A stretch of 64,000 nt of DNA from Octopus vulgaris (GCA_951406725.2 OX597817.1:76508001-76572000), one strand, 5' to 3'; positions 27,141 to 42,168 are shown, counted from the stretch's first letter. The notes: generated from the letters alone by a model not told the origin. A program made the numbers and translations.

Positions 27141-27211
27141 GTTCTTGATGCTGTTGTTGTTGTTCTTTTCTTGGCGCCGTCTCCGTCGTCGATGCTGTGG
27201 TCCTTGTTCGG

Positions 27212-27430
27212 GGTAGCAGAATCGTTAGCACGCCGGACAAAAGTGCTCAGCATCAATTTCACACGTCTTCACGTTCTCGGTTCAAATCTTGCCGAAGTCG
27301 ACTTTGCTTTTCACCCTTACGGATTCGATCAAAATAAGTACCAGTTGACCACTGGGGTCCATGTAATTAACTAGCACCCTTCTCTTCCCTAAATTCCCCC
27401 AACCAAAATTCAGGCATTGTCCCAATAGCA
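27212..27430 (+). mobile_element. SINE family A, diverged
   Basis: GCAGAATCGTTAGCACGCCGG...GTCGACTTTGCTTTTCACCC...AAGTACCAGTTGACCACTGGGGTC. Confidence 0.85.
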
Positions 27431-27439
27431 GAGAGGTTA

Positions 27440-28048
27440 TTATTGTAGTTATTGTTGCTATCGTTATTATTGATGTTGCTACTGCTGACCTCATACTCGT
27501 CGATATTTCATTGTTGTTGTCGTTGTCTTCGTTCTTGTTATTATCGTTGTTGTCATCATCATCATCATCATCATCTTCGTCATTATCAAATTCATCATCA
27601 TCATCGTCGTCGTCGTGGTCGTCATCATCATCATCATCATCATCATTATCAAAATCATCATCATCATCATGGTCGTCGTCGTCATCATCATCATCATCAT
27701 CAACATCGTCATTATCAAAATCATCGTCATCATCATCATCGTCGTCGTCGTCGTCATCATCATCATCATTATCATCATCGTCATTATCATCACCATCCAC
27801 ATCCTAGCATCATTATCGTTCTTGTTGATACCGTTGTTGTTGTTGTTACTTTATACATTGTTGTCATCGCCAATTTAGCTTTATAATCGTCGTCGTAGTT
27901 ATTGTCAGCATTGTTGTTGTTATTGTTGTTGCTGTCGTCGTCGTCGTCTTTGAAGTTGTTGTCGCCCGTCATCATCATCATCATCGTCGTCATTATCATT
28001 ACCATCACCATCACCACCACCACCACCACCACCACCACCACCACCACC

Positions 28049-28100
<52 letters not shown>

Positions 28101-28110
28101 GCATCATCAG

Positions 28111-28166
<56 letters not shown>

Positions 28167-29400
28167 CCATGGTCGTCATTGTCGTCGTTGTGGTCGACAT
28201 TTAAGTTGTTGTGGTCGATAGTGCTGTTCTCGTCGTTTTAATGTTGTTGCTGCTGCTGTTGTTGTTGTAATTGTTGTTGTCATCTTTCCTGTATAAAGCA
28301 CTCATTTCTCTACAGAATCAGAGATGTATTGAGGGCAACTCTGAGTTTAAGTGCTGATAATGTTATCATTATGACTGTAATTGTTGCTGTAGCAGAACCA
28401 CGTTGCTGTTATTAATCTCTTATCTCCATTTGCCGTTCACTACTACCGCTGCTGCTATTACTACAAAAATCAGATGGTGCTGCTGATGGCTAAGACGGTG
28501 GTGATGGCTAAGGTGGTGCTCATGGCTAAGATGGTGGCGATAGCTAAGGTAGTGGTGATGATTATGATGACGGTGATGGCTAAAGTGGTGGTGAGTGGTG
28601 GTCATGGTGGTGGTGGTGGTGATGGTGGTGATGGTAGTGGCGGTAGTGATGGTGGTGGTGGTGATGGTGGTGGTGATGGTTGTAGTGATGGAGTGGTAGT
28701 AGTGATAGTGTGGTGGTGGTGATGGTGTGGTGGTGGTGATGGTGGTGATGGTGGTGATGGTAGTGGCAGTAGTGAAGGTCGTGGTGGTGGTGGTGGTGGT
28801 GGTGATTCGTGATGGTAGTGGTGGTGAGTGTGATGGTGGTGGCGGTGGCGGCAGCAATGGTGATGGTAGTGGTGATGGTAGTGGTGATGGTGATGGTTGT
28901 AGTGATGGTGGTGGTAGTAGTAATAGTAATGGTGGTGTTGGTAGTGATAGTGGTGGTAACAGTGATGGTGGTGGAGGCGTTGATGGTGGTGATGGTGGTG
29001 ATGATGTGGTGGTAGTGATGGTGGTGGTGGTGGTGGTGGTGGTAGTGATGTTGGTAGTGGCGATTGTGGTAGTGATGGCGACTGTAATGGTAGTGCTGGT
29101 GAAGGTAGTAGAGACAGTTATGATAATGGTGATGGTGAAGAATGTGATGGTTGAGATGGTGGTGATGGTGGTGGCGGTTGTGATGGTGGTGATGGTGATG
29201 GCGGTTACGATAATGGTAGTGGTAGTGAATATGTTAGAAGCGGTGATGATGGTGATCGTGGTAGTCGAGGTGAGAGTAGTGGTGATGCAGGTGGTGGTTA
29301 TGGCGGTGGTGGTAAACGGGAAAACGACAGTGAGGATGATGGTGATGGTAACAACTACGACGACGACGACTACAACGATGATGATGGTGTTGTGGTAGTG
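27440..29400. repeat. Triplet fields: (TCA/CAC)n at about 27440-28200, then an opposite-polarity (GGT/GAT)n field at about 28470-29400
   Basis: Directly visible. Confidence 0.9.
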
Positions 29401-29808
29401 GTAAGGATAATACTTCTGATACAAGATGTCTCATACCAGAGGTCTCGTATAGTCGTTGGTGTTATTAATACACACGAGTGTGGAGATTGTTCTTGTTATA
29501 CTTACATTGTTATTGCCGTTGTTGTTGCTGTCACATCAGGACAATTACCACCAATAGGAAAATTCGTGCCAACGACATCTACCCACTTGGACAATTACCC
29601 ACCTTAGTTAATTACCTCCTCTTCAATATATTAAGAAGTTTTAAATCATCATCTGTTGACCTCACGAGTAATTGTCCTTGGTAGTGTAAATGTCCTAGAC
29701 TCGTTGCTGTTGTTGAATTCGAGAACAAGCTTGAAGAAACAGTGCTACAATGAAGGACGTTCCTGTCATAACCAACGCGTGTATTTTGTGTCACTACATT
29801 GTTTAAAT

Positions 29809-30455
29809 CGGCGGTTCTCAACTGGGGTCCATATGACCTTTGGCGAGGCCCATGTAAGATTTTGTTGTTAAATTTTAGGTGCAATAACCTGGTTATACTT
29901 CTGCAAAACAAAATATTTCGAAAATATTTTTTATACAATTCATAATAATATTTATTCTTTTATACTTTTTATTCTTTTATTCTTTTATCTCTTTCAAGCA
30001 TTTGACTGCGGCCATGCTGGAGCACCGTCTTAAAGGGTTTCAGTCGAAGAAATCGACCCCAAGACGTATTCTTTGTAAGACTTATTCTATCGACCCCTTA
30101 GGCCGAACAGCTAATGTACAGTGACACAAACACATCAGCATCGTTTGACAAGCGATGATGGTGGGACAAACACAGATACAAAGAAATCCCCTCCCCCACA
30201 CATACATGCACACACACACAAATACACACACATATATATGCGAGGGGTGTCTTTCAGTTTCCGCCCACCAAATTCACTCACAAGGCTTTGGTCAGCCCGA
30301 GGCTATAGTAGAAGACCCTTGCGCAAGGTGCTACGCATTATAAAAATGTGATAGGATGTTTTTAAAAAACATTGAATGGCTATGAAGGTCTATCCGAATA
30401 AAATAGGAATCAAATGAGTCCAGAGATAAAAAAATTAATTCGTTGAGAAACACTA
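29809..30455. mobile_element. hAT-like MITE carrying a nested SINE-B (about 29990-30337, minus strand)
   Basis: Termini CGGCGGTTCTCAAC / GTTGAGAAACACTA resemble the CAGTGGTTCTCAAC hAT TIR. The 8-bp flanks GTTTAAAT/GTCAAGAT are degenerate. Confidence 0.7.
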
Positions 30456-31091
30456 GTCAAGATCTTAGGCATTGCAGGCCGCACAGCACGAAGTATTCGA
30501 CGTAATTCTAATAAACGCTGTTTCCCTCGGGAAATTAGACGTACGATTCAGAAAATCCCGCAGGCGGCAGCTTGACCTAGACTGGCCTAAGATATCCTTA
30601 TTCTTTTATTTGTTGATGAGTAAAGGGTGATATCAGGGAGACTCAAGTACTTATTCTAGCAGCAGTTGATGCCAGGTAGAGTCTACATGTTTGGTTTGTC
30701 AAGACCGTTGTTATTTCTCATGTCACAGTTGCTTCATTTTTATGGTGGTTGACGAAATCATTTCCACTACAGTGTTCTCACTAAGCTCGGCGCTTAAGCG
30801 CGCTCACTCATTTTGTAACTATCGCACTTAGAAAGAAGCGTGTACTCATAAGATTTCCCAAGATTCAGCTTATTTCTGATACTAAAAAGCTTATTCTGTT
30901 ATCTTCTTCTGTTATCTTATGTTCAACTAATGCTTTTACACTCATAAATTCTGATAGTGAAATTAATTTTCTCCTTTTTTCTCATTAGTAAGTTTAGTTA
31001 ATACACACACACACGCACGCACACACAGAGACACACACAAACACACACACAGAGACACACACAAACACACACACACATGTATGTATGTATG

Positions 31092-31142
<51 letters not shown>

Positions 31143-31205
31143 AAAAACAGGTTGCTTGACCGCATACCGAAAAAATATATGTATAAATATATATATATAT
31201 ATACG

Positions 31206-31556
<351 letters not shown>

Positions 31557-32964
31557 TATATATATATATATATTTGAAAGACTATGAGTTTTTTAAAAAA
31601 CATGAAATCTTTTGGGAAGAAGTGTTTTTCTAGTGTGTGGGCGTTTTCGTTTAAACTTTTCAAACAATATACTTTGATACTTTGATAGGTTTCGGCCATT
31701 TTTGGCCCAGGCCATGTCTAACTTAATAGCACCACCTTATATATATATAATATGTTATGTATCATCAATATATATATATATATTTAATACGCTAATTATT
31801 CTAATTCATGTATCACACTGAATTTCAATATTACTTTTTATATCCAACTTACTTAGAATTATAATGTATTACTTTAACCTTCACCAGCTATCTTTAGCTT
31901 TCACCGGTTATCTTTGAACACAAGATCCATTGTAATGCGATCTCCCAATGCTTCCGGTTAGCTAATTTTCTTAAATCTAACTCCCTTGCTTACCAATAAA
32001 TCTTAAACACCTTTGGAGGGAGTGGTTGTGTACTAATTGCATGGTTCATCGAAATCTTTTCAGCTTACTCATTATGTTACATATATACACGATCTTGTCT
32101 GTGTACGCTTGCACTTAGTATGCAGAACGTTCCCCGGAGGTACCTCATCCATATTCAGCCATATTGTTAGTGTTGTTTAGTAACCACATTTTGAGGTTTT
32201 CTTTTTTTTAATAAACAATTCCCTTTCGTCGGTTCCGAGTTCAAATCCTCATTGTGCTATGTAAAAAAAAAATAAAATAAACGAATAAATAAATAAAAGA
32301 AAGCGAGAAAGGAAAGAAGGAAAGAAAAACAACCCATTAAACTTTTGTCGATTTCGATCAATTATGATTTTTCCCTTGCCAAAATTTGACCTCCAGTCTA
32401 GTCAATCAAAATCGATATTGCTGCTATATTTTGAATTATTATTATTTGTAGTACTATTAGTTATGGCTGCTGTTGCTGTTGTTGTTGTTGTTGTTGTAGA
32501 CGCCGTTGTTGTTGTTGTTGTTGTTATTGTTGCTGCCGTTTGTTGCCAAAACAATGGTTGCGAGACACTGATTTTTATAATCTGGCTGTTATTATCCTGC
32601 TAATTAAAGCTATGCGAGATCGTTCATAATTCATTTAATTAGCAACACGGTTCCACCATATTTAATTACTTTTTTTTTTTTTTAGTTTGTGTATGCGTGT
32701 GCTTAGGTGCCAGAATATATCTGTGTGTGTGTGAGTGTGTGTATGCGAGCGTGCGTGAATGCAGGCGTAACTGCGTGTGTGTGTGTGCGTGTTTGTGTGT
32801 GCTTGCGTACGGGCTTGTATATGCGGGACTGCGTATGCGTATGCGTGTGTTTATATGTGCGTGTGTGCGCATGCGCAGTGTGAAAGTAAATTATTGCACG
32901 AGTGTCGAAGTAAATGCATACGTGCGTTTCCGCATGCCTGGGCATGTCCAAGTGTGTCGATACA

Positions 32965-33004
<40 letters not shown>

Positions 33005-33115
33005 CATGAGTGTGTGTGCGTGAGTGCACGTGTATGTGTCTGAGTGTGTACGTTCGTATACGAGCGTGTGGATATATGACTTGTGCACCTTTGAGAGGGT
33101 GAATAAATACGAGCG

Positions 33116-33166
<51 letters not shown>

Positions 33167-33469
33167 GTGTGCGCTGCCGTGTGTGTGTATGTGCGCACGT
33201 GTGTTTCTTTCTCTGTATGGGTGTCTGTTAGTGTCTTTGTATATGTATGTAAGTGTTTGTGAGAGTGGTATAATTGTAATTTTTATATTTCGAATTGTTA
33301 TATACGTTGAAATATAAATGCGCGCGTTTTTACGTTTCATAAATTTTGTTTCTATAAATGCGTGACAAAATTCAAACACGCCACTTAAATTGAACACAGC
33401 AGTCACGGAAATAGTTGAGAAAGCGCATCCAGTACCTGCCCACAAGGGTATACACCTCATTCTACAATA

Positions 33470-33522
<53 letters not shown>

Positions 33523-33745
33523 ATAAACTTAGATAAACTTTATATATATATATACATATATATCTATATATATATATATGTAAATATATATATGCATATA
33601 TACATATATATATGTGCCTGTGTGTGTATAAGTATATACATATGCACACACACACACACACGCGCGCGCAAATATATATATATTGTGTGGTCAGCCTTCT
33701 ACAAGCAGAATAGCATTCGATCAGCAAAAAGAGTAAATATAATAA

Positions 33746-33786
<41 letters not shown>

Positions 33787-33831
33787 TCTCTAGTTTCAAC
33801 TCATGTATCTGTATATGTGTGTTTGTTTGTG

Positions 33832-33980
<149 letters not shown>

Positions 33981-33998
33981 GAAACTGAAAAACCAGTC

Positions 33999-34034
<36 letters not shown>

Positions 34035-34051
34035 ACTGAAAGAAGCCAGTC

Positions 34052-34115
<64 letters not shown>

Positions 34116-34213
34116 GTATATATGCATATATGTATATATGTAGAGCTAGATGCAGATATTCTTATGCCTGTCTATATAGATTCATGTATATCTATCACCA
34201 CATAGAAGCACAG

Positions 34214-34264
<51 letters not shown>

Positions 34265-34353
34265 CACACAAACACACATATGTATACATACATATATATA
34301 TATGCGCATGTGTCTGTTTCTGGGGTAGTTTTGCCAATTAAAGCAAGAGAGAG

Positions 34354-34384
<31 letters not shown>

Positions 34385-35482
34385 GAGAAAGAAAGAGAGA
34401 GGGAGTGAGCAGATAATTTATGCAACAACAGTACAATATCCACTGGGGGCTTGTTTCCAATTGACGAACAATTTTACGTCTTGAAGTGCAACTCCAGTAG
34501 ATGCGCACTTATTGCCCTGACTATGTGATATATATATATATATATAGTGAGAGAATACACGTTTATTCCATTAGTTGACAGCTAGTTAGTTACATAATTG
34601 ACACTACATAATCTTGCGTGTGTGTGTGTGTGTTTGTGCGTACATTTGCATATCCCCTTTGAGATGAAGTGCCAACATACAGACAAACCTCGAGTGGCTT
34701 TTCGCTGTTCCTGCGTTCTTTACTTAGTTTTCTGTCTATTTGGTTTTCATCTTTCCTCTGTTTCTAATCGACAACCTATTACGGTGGATGGAGGAAAGTG
34801 TACGAAGCTTTTAAGAACTCGTTGCATTTGTTTGAGTTTTGAGCCTTTCCTGTTTTTTTTTTTCGATTCTTTTCTTTTCTCTTTGTATTTAGACTTTCGT
34901 CCACCAGCATATACATATATAAATACGTAATGTATATTAAATGCTAGTACTTTTCTCAAGTATTTTGAGTGGAATTTTTAAAAGAAGGTGTTCCAGCATG
35001 GCCGAAGTCTAATGACTGAAAAAAGCAAAGGATAAAACGTAAAACACACACATACACACACATACACACACACTCATATGTATACATTATATAGACACAT
35101 GCACACATAGACACACGCAGAGGCACCCACACATATGTCTGTACTCATATACAAACACACGCACATACACACATACATATATATGTGCATACGTACATAT
35201 ACATACACACACAAACACACACACATATATAATTTGGAACATTTTTTAAAATTGGAATTGTTATGACCAAGTAGAATTCGATTCAAATATATATAATGTT
35301 TAGACATACTTACGTAATAACTGATCCAACGGTTCAATATCTAGAACAAAGAATAGGAAAAAAATCAACAATATAGTTCCAGACCAAATTGCGTACGTTT
35401 TATAAATAGAAGCTAGTTCATCACGTGTATGAAAGCGTTTCAAACTTTTTGTCACGGTTGTATATTCATTCATATATATGTT

Positions 35483-35534
<52 letters not shown>

Positions 35535-36028
35535 TATGTTTGAGCATATATATATACTAGAAACGCACCCGGCCTTTGGACGGTGTAATTTATTATAATG
35601 GTGCACGCATTTGGACGGTTGAAGTTGGGTTAGCCCGCAGTTAGATGTCGTTTCAAGTTGATAACGTATTTAAAATAATAATTAAAAGTTGATTTAAATT
35701 GCATAGCTACTTCAAGGAAGTGCTACTGTGCAAATATCGGCGGTTTGCTATGAATGGGCATTGTAAAAACTGTAGAAAAAGATGAAGTGAAAGTAGCATG
35801 GCTACGCCATCAAAATAATGTCCCTTGAAGTAATGACCGTTCATATTTGTTATTTACCTATGAGAAGGAGTTTTCGTTCCCTAGAGGCGGTATTATTCAT
35901 TATGTGGAATGGTGAAAAGTCTATGACTATCGCTGGAACATAACTGATGTATGTTCCCAGTGTGAACGAAATCGGATGAAAAACATTGATTATAAGAAGG
36001 ATCAAGAACTAGGCCTGTATCCACGCAT

Positions 36029-36092
<64 letters not shown>

Positions 36093-36347
36093 ACACATAC
36101 ACACACACATATTATATACTAGCCTAAGTACCCGGCGTTCCTCGGAAGTTTAAAGAATGTTAAAGGAAATAGATATATTTATTCTGTTCCAAAACAATAT
36201 TTTCAGAAAATTTTATCAGATAACGTGTGTATAAAGAAAGTTATTCAAACAAATCCTGAAATCAATCACAGTTTAATTTTGTACAACCGCTAAATATACA
36301 ATGTTTTCAGTGTGTCCTTTAATTGGTGTACAAAGAAAAAGAATTTT

Positions 36348-36580
36348 GGTATTTCCAACTCGCGAACATCCTACATATAATTGCCCATGAGAGCAGCAAA
36401 GAGAAGCAAGGTTAAGTCCAACAACGTTGAGAGATTGTGTTTGAGATTTGTTTACAGATATAGAAAACCTTGTTTCCCTGCAAAACTGGGAACTGAAGCC
36501 GTCTAAATTCGTAGGTGGGGAGGTCAGATTGGACTAATGCGACCCGTGGAATGAAGACAGCGTCGCCCTTATATTTCCCA
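36348..36580 (-). pseudogene. Helitron RepHel (PIF1-like helicase) C-terminal remnant
   Basis: KGDAVFIPRVALVQSDLPTYEFRRLQFPV / frameshift / FSISVNKSQTQSLNVVGLNLASLCCSHGQLYVGCSRVGN corresponds to helicase motifs V-VI. Confidence 0.88.
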
Positions 36581-36729
36581 AGAGAAATGAATTTTGGTGG
36601 TAAGGACTAAACCTCTTGTTTCATTATCATAATTAAAAAGCGTTCTTCTTTACTTTTTCGCTTTTCATAACACTATAGTTTCACTTTTATTGTTTCATTT
36701 TCTGTCACTAATTGTTTCACTTTTATTCT

Positions 36730-36789
<60 letters not shown>

Positions 36790-36960
36790 CCTCTATGCAC
36801 GGCCAAACCGCTGGATCAATCTGTACCAAATGTAACTATATTGTTGAAGAGTCTATAACCATCGCTGGAACTTAACTGATGTATATTCCCAGTGAGAACG
36901 AAATCGGATGACAAATATTGATTATAAGAGGGATCAAGAACTAGGCCTGTATAAACGCAT

Positions 36961-36997
<37 letters not shown>

Positions 36998-37013
36998 TTC
37001 CATTTTATTGATG

Positions 37014-37150
37014 TACAAGTTTTGCTATGTCCGTAAACAAATCTCAAGCACAGTCTTTCAACATTGTTGGACTTAACCTTGCTTCTATCATGGACAATTA
37101 TAGGTAGCATCTTCGCAAGTTGGAAATCCGCAAATTCTTTTTTTTTTGTA
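37014..37150 (+). pseudogene. Second Helitron helicase remnant, inverted
   Basis: SFAMSVNKSQAQSFNIVGLNLAS../HGQL*VASSQVGNP. Confidence 0.8.
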
Positions 37151-37799
37151 CACCAATTAATTGTTGTAGACATATGACGGAGCATTATTCAATACCGTGT
37201 CTGCTTCTATCAGAATCGTTTACCTTTAAAGCGGAAAAAACAAAATCGACGTATATAACAAGTATGTAAGGCATATTTCTGTTTTTGAAAAATAGATAAA
37301 AATTTAGTGTCCCCCCCGACTCGGAACCTTCCCCGAGTAATGAAAAACCTTCATGGCAAATTTGGCATAGATTAATCAAGCGGTTTGGCCGCAGAGCTAG
37401 GGGGAAATTGTAGATTCGATTTTGAATCTGAGGTAGGACCAATATCCAAGTAGAAATATTCACATCGGATTTAAATATGAAATATCGAATGTACTCTTGC
37501 TAATTTTATTAGGTCCATTCCAAGAACAAATATTTGAATAAGTCAGGTCGATATCTAACTTATGTCACTGGAATATTGAAACCTTAAAATTTATAAAGAT
37601 TATCGTATAAATTGAAAAATATCTTACAGTGTATAAACGTGTGTATAAATTTATAAACGATATATAAAACATCTTACAGTGTATAAACGTATGAAGATCT
37701 TTAATTATTTACAAACCTTACTGTTCCTTTTTCTTTAAACCTCTTGCTTCATTATTACAATTAAAATGCGCTTCAGAATCGTTTGGCCGTGCATGGAAG

Positions 37800-37844
<45 letters not shown>

Positions 37845-37855
37845 AACACACACAC

Positions 37856-37904
<49 letters not shown>

Positions 37905-38398
37905 CACGCATTTACACACACACAGTAACAATAAAAGTGAAACAATTAGTGACAGAAAGTGAAACAATAATGTTATGAAAAGTGAAAGTATTACACCACT
38001 ATCAAAAAAAAAAAACAAATCGGAAAGGTCGTATAGAAGGGAAAGAGCCAAAATTTGACCCACCCTAGAACCTTTGCCGAGCAATGAAAAACCTTCATGC
38101 CAAATTTGAACTGAAATTTGAGCTGGTGCTTGCATTTACTGAAACTTTCGGGTTTGGAATTAAAGGGGACAGCGGTGTTCTTTCATTTAAAACGTATGTT
38201 AGTTCTTTCGGCTATACGATGCCTGCGCCTCCTTAACACATTAACTTATAGCGTGGAGTGATTCACGCCGCATACACTCATGTATAGCTATCTACCTATC
38301 TATACATTCATACAAACACAAATACATATACACATGCATACATACACACATGCATACACACACATACACACATACACGCACACGTATATATACATACA

Positions 38399-38484
<86 letters not shown>

Positions 38485-39005
38485 GTACTGCTCGTTACGG
38501 CATGTGAGTTGATTCAGATCATGAATACAGGCCGGAAAGAATTGGTAAAGGCCTTAAACTAATAAACAAAACTCATAGAAATACACAACACAATAATTCT
38601 ACTGCACATAACGCAATAAATTGTCCCAACCCTGTACAGCACACTCGAACAAATAAGCTAAACAACAAATATAGGAATCATGGTGTTTTCTGGTACAACA
38701 CAAACTTCGATTCACATGTTTCAACGAAGATCGCTAGGAAAGTTATTGCCGCTTTAGACAAATGTTTCACTACATCAAATAGATACCATGCTATCTTTAA
38801 TAGACACACTGTGAAGGTATCTTACGCTAACTCTGTTAGTTTAGGGCAACATATGCACAGTATTAACAATAGTAAAATGAAGCAACATTTCAATAACCCA
38901 ACTACTGGAACTAGTAAACATATGCATCAAAATACCATTGTGTGGGAGCGGCGAGAAGTAAACTATAATTCAAATAATATCGAGACAAAGAAATTCTTTA
39001 ACTAA
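38485..39005 (+). mobile_element. Penelope-like element fragment (RT-endonuclease linker)
   Basis: VFWYNTNFDSHVSTKIARKVIAALDKCF...YHAIFNRHTVKVSY aligns with LIWFTPPYSSEVTFNIGKYFLSLIDRHF...KLFNRHNLKISF at ~59370. Confidence 0.75.
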
Positions 39006-39265
39006 TCTTTAATGATTTGTTGCAATTGTTCTGTAACAACTCAGCTTGCAACACTATTTTGCGCAAAAATTCAAAGCGGAAATTTGCATAATGTTTGCGC
39101 TTTTAAAGACACTAGAGTTGCACTTCATCAAACTTCCATCAAAGGTGCGCATCGGAATTTTGTGTAAACTGGCGCTGCAAGCAGAGTTCGTATAGTAACA
39201 ATTGTAATAAATTAATGGACATGTTTTCTGATTATTTGGATTACGTCTTTTATTTTCCACTTAAT

Positions 39266-39905
39266 TCAGTTTCATTCATTAGACTGCGGCCATGCTGGGG
39301 CACCGCCTTGAATTTTTAATCGAATGAATAGACTTATTTTTTAAGCCTGGTATTTATTTTATCGGTCTGTTTTGCCGAACCGCTAAGTTACGGAGATGTA
39401 AACGCACCAAAACCGGTTGTCAAGCGGTGATTGGGGGGGGGGGCAAACACAAACACCAAAACACACACGCACTGACACATACACAGACAGACAGACACAC
39501 ACACACACACACACAAATACATGTATATAAATAGATATATACGACGGGATTCTTTCAATTTCCGTCTACCAAATCTACTCACAAGGTTTTGGTCGGCCCG
39601 AGGCTATAGTAAAAGACACTTGCCCAAGGCGCAATGCAGCAGGACAGAACCCAGAACCACGTGGTTGGGAAGCAAGCTTCTTAACACACAGCCACACCTG
39701 CACCTATATACACACAGATACATATATTGTTTCCTTGTTTCGGTCATGTGACTACGGCACAATGGCTTGAAGAATTTTTGTCGAAGATATCAACCCCAAA
39801 CTTATTTTTTTAAATTATGGGTCTCTTATGCGGAACCGCTACTTTTCGGGCACGTAAACGCACCAACACCGGTTCTCTAGTAATGGTGAGGAACAAACAA
39901 TGGCA
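39266..39905 (-). mobile_element. SINE-B, near-full copy (39266-39705) plus a second right-half fragment
   Basis: Both halves and the internal (CA)n/(TA)n spacer are present. Confidence 0.88.
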
Positions 39906-39921
39906 CACACACATAAATATA

Positions 39922-40489
39922 CGAGGGTGAGTCGAAAAGTAATGCCATTTTGTTTACGACAGGTATAATTACCAACACAAGAACATGTATCATGCATCAA
40001 AATGAAGCTGGTCTTCTGTGGATCAAATCCGTACTTCTCAACATAGTCACCGTTTTTCTCAATAGCAATGTTCCAACTTGGTACGAGAGCATGTATCCCT
40101 GCCCCGTAAAATTCTGTTGACTGTACTTTGAGCCACTTCTTCAATACAGTTTTCACTTCCACGTCACTAGAATAATTTAGTGTCTTCAGATTATCATCTC
40201 TTAGGCCCCATGAAAGAGGGTTTGAGAGGCAAACATTATTCCAGTGATGAGGAAGCGAAAGCGGTAGTAAAGAAGCGGCTCAAAGAACAGTCAGCAAAAT
40301 TTTACGGGGAAGGGTTACATGCTCTTATTCGAAGGTGGAACATTGCTATTGAGAGAAACAGTGACTATGTTGAGAAGTAGGGATGTAATTCGCAGAAGAC
40401 CAGCTTCATTTTGATGTATGATATATGTTCCTGTTTTGGTAATTATACCTGTCCTAAACAAACTGGCATTACTTTTTGACTAACCCTCG
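39922..40489. mobile_element. Palindromic mariner derivative built from two inverted 3' ends
   Basis: TA|CGAGGGTGAGTCGAAAAGTAATGCCA ... TGGCATTACTTTTTGACTAACCCTCG|TA. Both arms encode the transposase C-terminus (SDYHLLGPMKEGLRGKHY...WNIAIERNSDYVEK*; ...WNIAIEKNGDYVEK). Confidence 0.92.
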
Positions 40490-40523
40490 TACACACACAC
40501 ATACATACACGCACACACACAGA

Positions 40524-40590
<67 letters not shown>

Positions 40591-41254
40591 ACACACATAG
40601 GATGGGCTACTTTCAGTTTCTCTCTGCCAAATCCACTCAGTACGCTTTGGTCGGCGACTTGGAAGCAAGCTTCTTACAGCGCAGCCTCGCATACACACAC
40701 ACACATAGACACACACATAAACACACACAAAAACAAACACACACACACACATATATATATACATACACTCATACATATACATACACATATACATATATAT
40801 ATATTTACATATGTGTGCACGTATGTGTTTGTAGGTGTGTTCTTCAAAGATAATTTTACAAGTCTAAAATATAAAAATTATAAAAACTGTGAACATTAAC
40901 CGAATAAATATGACTCGGTACAAGTGTAGAGTCAAATGTTATTAATATATATTCAATAATATTATTGATACTGTCAATAAAATTTATTAATAAGCGTTGT
41001 TGTATATATATTGACACAGACATTTTTACGTATGTGTATGCGCTTGTGTGTGCGTGCGCTTTTGTGTGCGTGTGTGTATGTGTGTCTGGGCATGCATAGG
41101 TGTGATTTAAAAGTGTTTCAAATATACTTCTGTCGGGACAAACCCTGGCACAGCACCTTTACATGGTGTCGGAGAAACGGCCAAAGGTTACTGACAGTTC
41201 AAAACCACTACCGGTCGCCCCGACACATTCCCAGCACCGTTTTCCGGGCACCGT

Positions 41255-41302
<48 letters not shown>

Positions 41303-42122
41303 AATTTATTTCACAAAAGCGCCGAAGATGACTGGCTGCTGCTAGCACCAAGACCACCGCTACGACCGGCATCCTCACCAGCACCACCGCCACCACCACT
41401 ATCATAAATTCTTCCACTACGATTGACACCACAAACGCAATGATCACCACCACCTCCAGCACTAACATCATCAACCGCCACCACTAACACCACCACCACC
41501 ACAACCACCACCAATACCTCCACCATTCAACACAACCACCACCGCCGCCGCCACCACCACCACCACCACCACCACCACCACCATTCAACACAACCACCAC
41601 CGCCACCACCACTACCACCACCACCACCACCACCACCACTCAACACCACCAACACTACAACCATCACCAACTGCATCAGCATCAGCAGTAGTAGCAGTAG
41701 CAGCTGCAGCATCACCAGCATCACCACCAATGACATCATCATTACCATCATCAACAGCACTTCCACTGTTATTGATATCATAAAACCGGCGACGATGCAC
41801 TCCCCACCACCAACAACAATAACAACAACAACAAAAGCAGCAGCAACAACAACAGCAACAACAATAACGGCAACAAATAACTGCAACATCACCACGACCT
41901 CTTTTATTTCTACATTGGAACTGTTTCAAGCTCTAGAAAGCCTTTTGCTCTGTTGCTTCTTCAATTCTTGCCCCTTGCCTCCTTCGGTCAGTGATATTTC
42001 CTTTTTGTTAAGTCGAATCTCTTTCAATGTATTGAACCTTTTTAGCATCTGAAGCATCCGGCCGTTTCCTATACAATCACGCTAATGTGTTCAATGAATA
42101 GCGTTCGTCTCGCCCCATTTAA

Positions 42123-42168
42123 TTACATCTTCCCGAAACTAGCTAAGCTAAGCAAAGGATGCTGATGT
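42123..42168 (-). CDS. Weak candidate short terminal exon (..[14 protein letters not shown])
   Basis: Acceptor ATTTCTATTTGCCAG| at the edge of a unique island. AATAAA at 41903-41908 (minus). Confidence 0.25.

Larger units (their letters stand above)
35557..38130. mobile_element. Nested/rearranged Helitron cluster
   Basis: Two minus-strand 3' ends (CTAG at 35557 and 36119, each beside a GC-rich CCCGG..CGG hairpin). Direct repeats at about 35917-36030/36847-36960 and 37318-37370/38058-38110. Inverted repeat at about 36600-36810/37737-37990. Confidence 0.8.

Noticed and set aside
31740-32200. Possible minus-strand Penelope GIY-YIG remnant
   Set aside because: Only fragments such as IVYIC are recognisable; too degenerate to call without a profile search.
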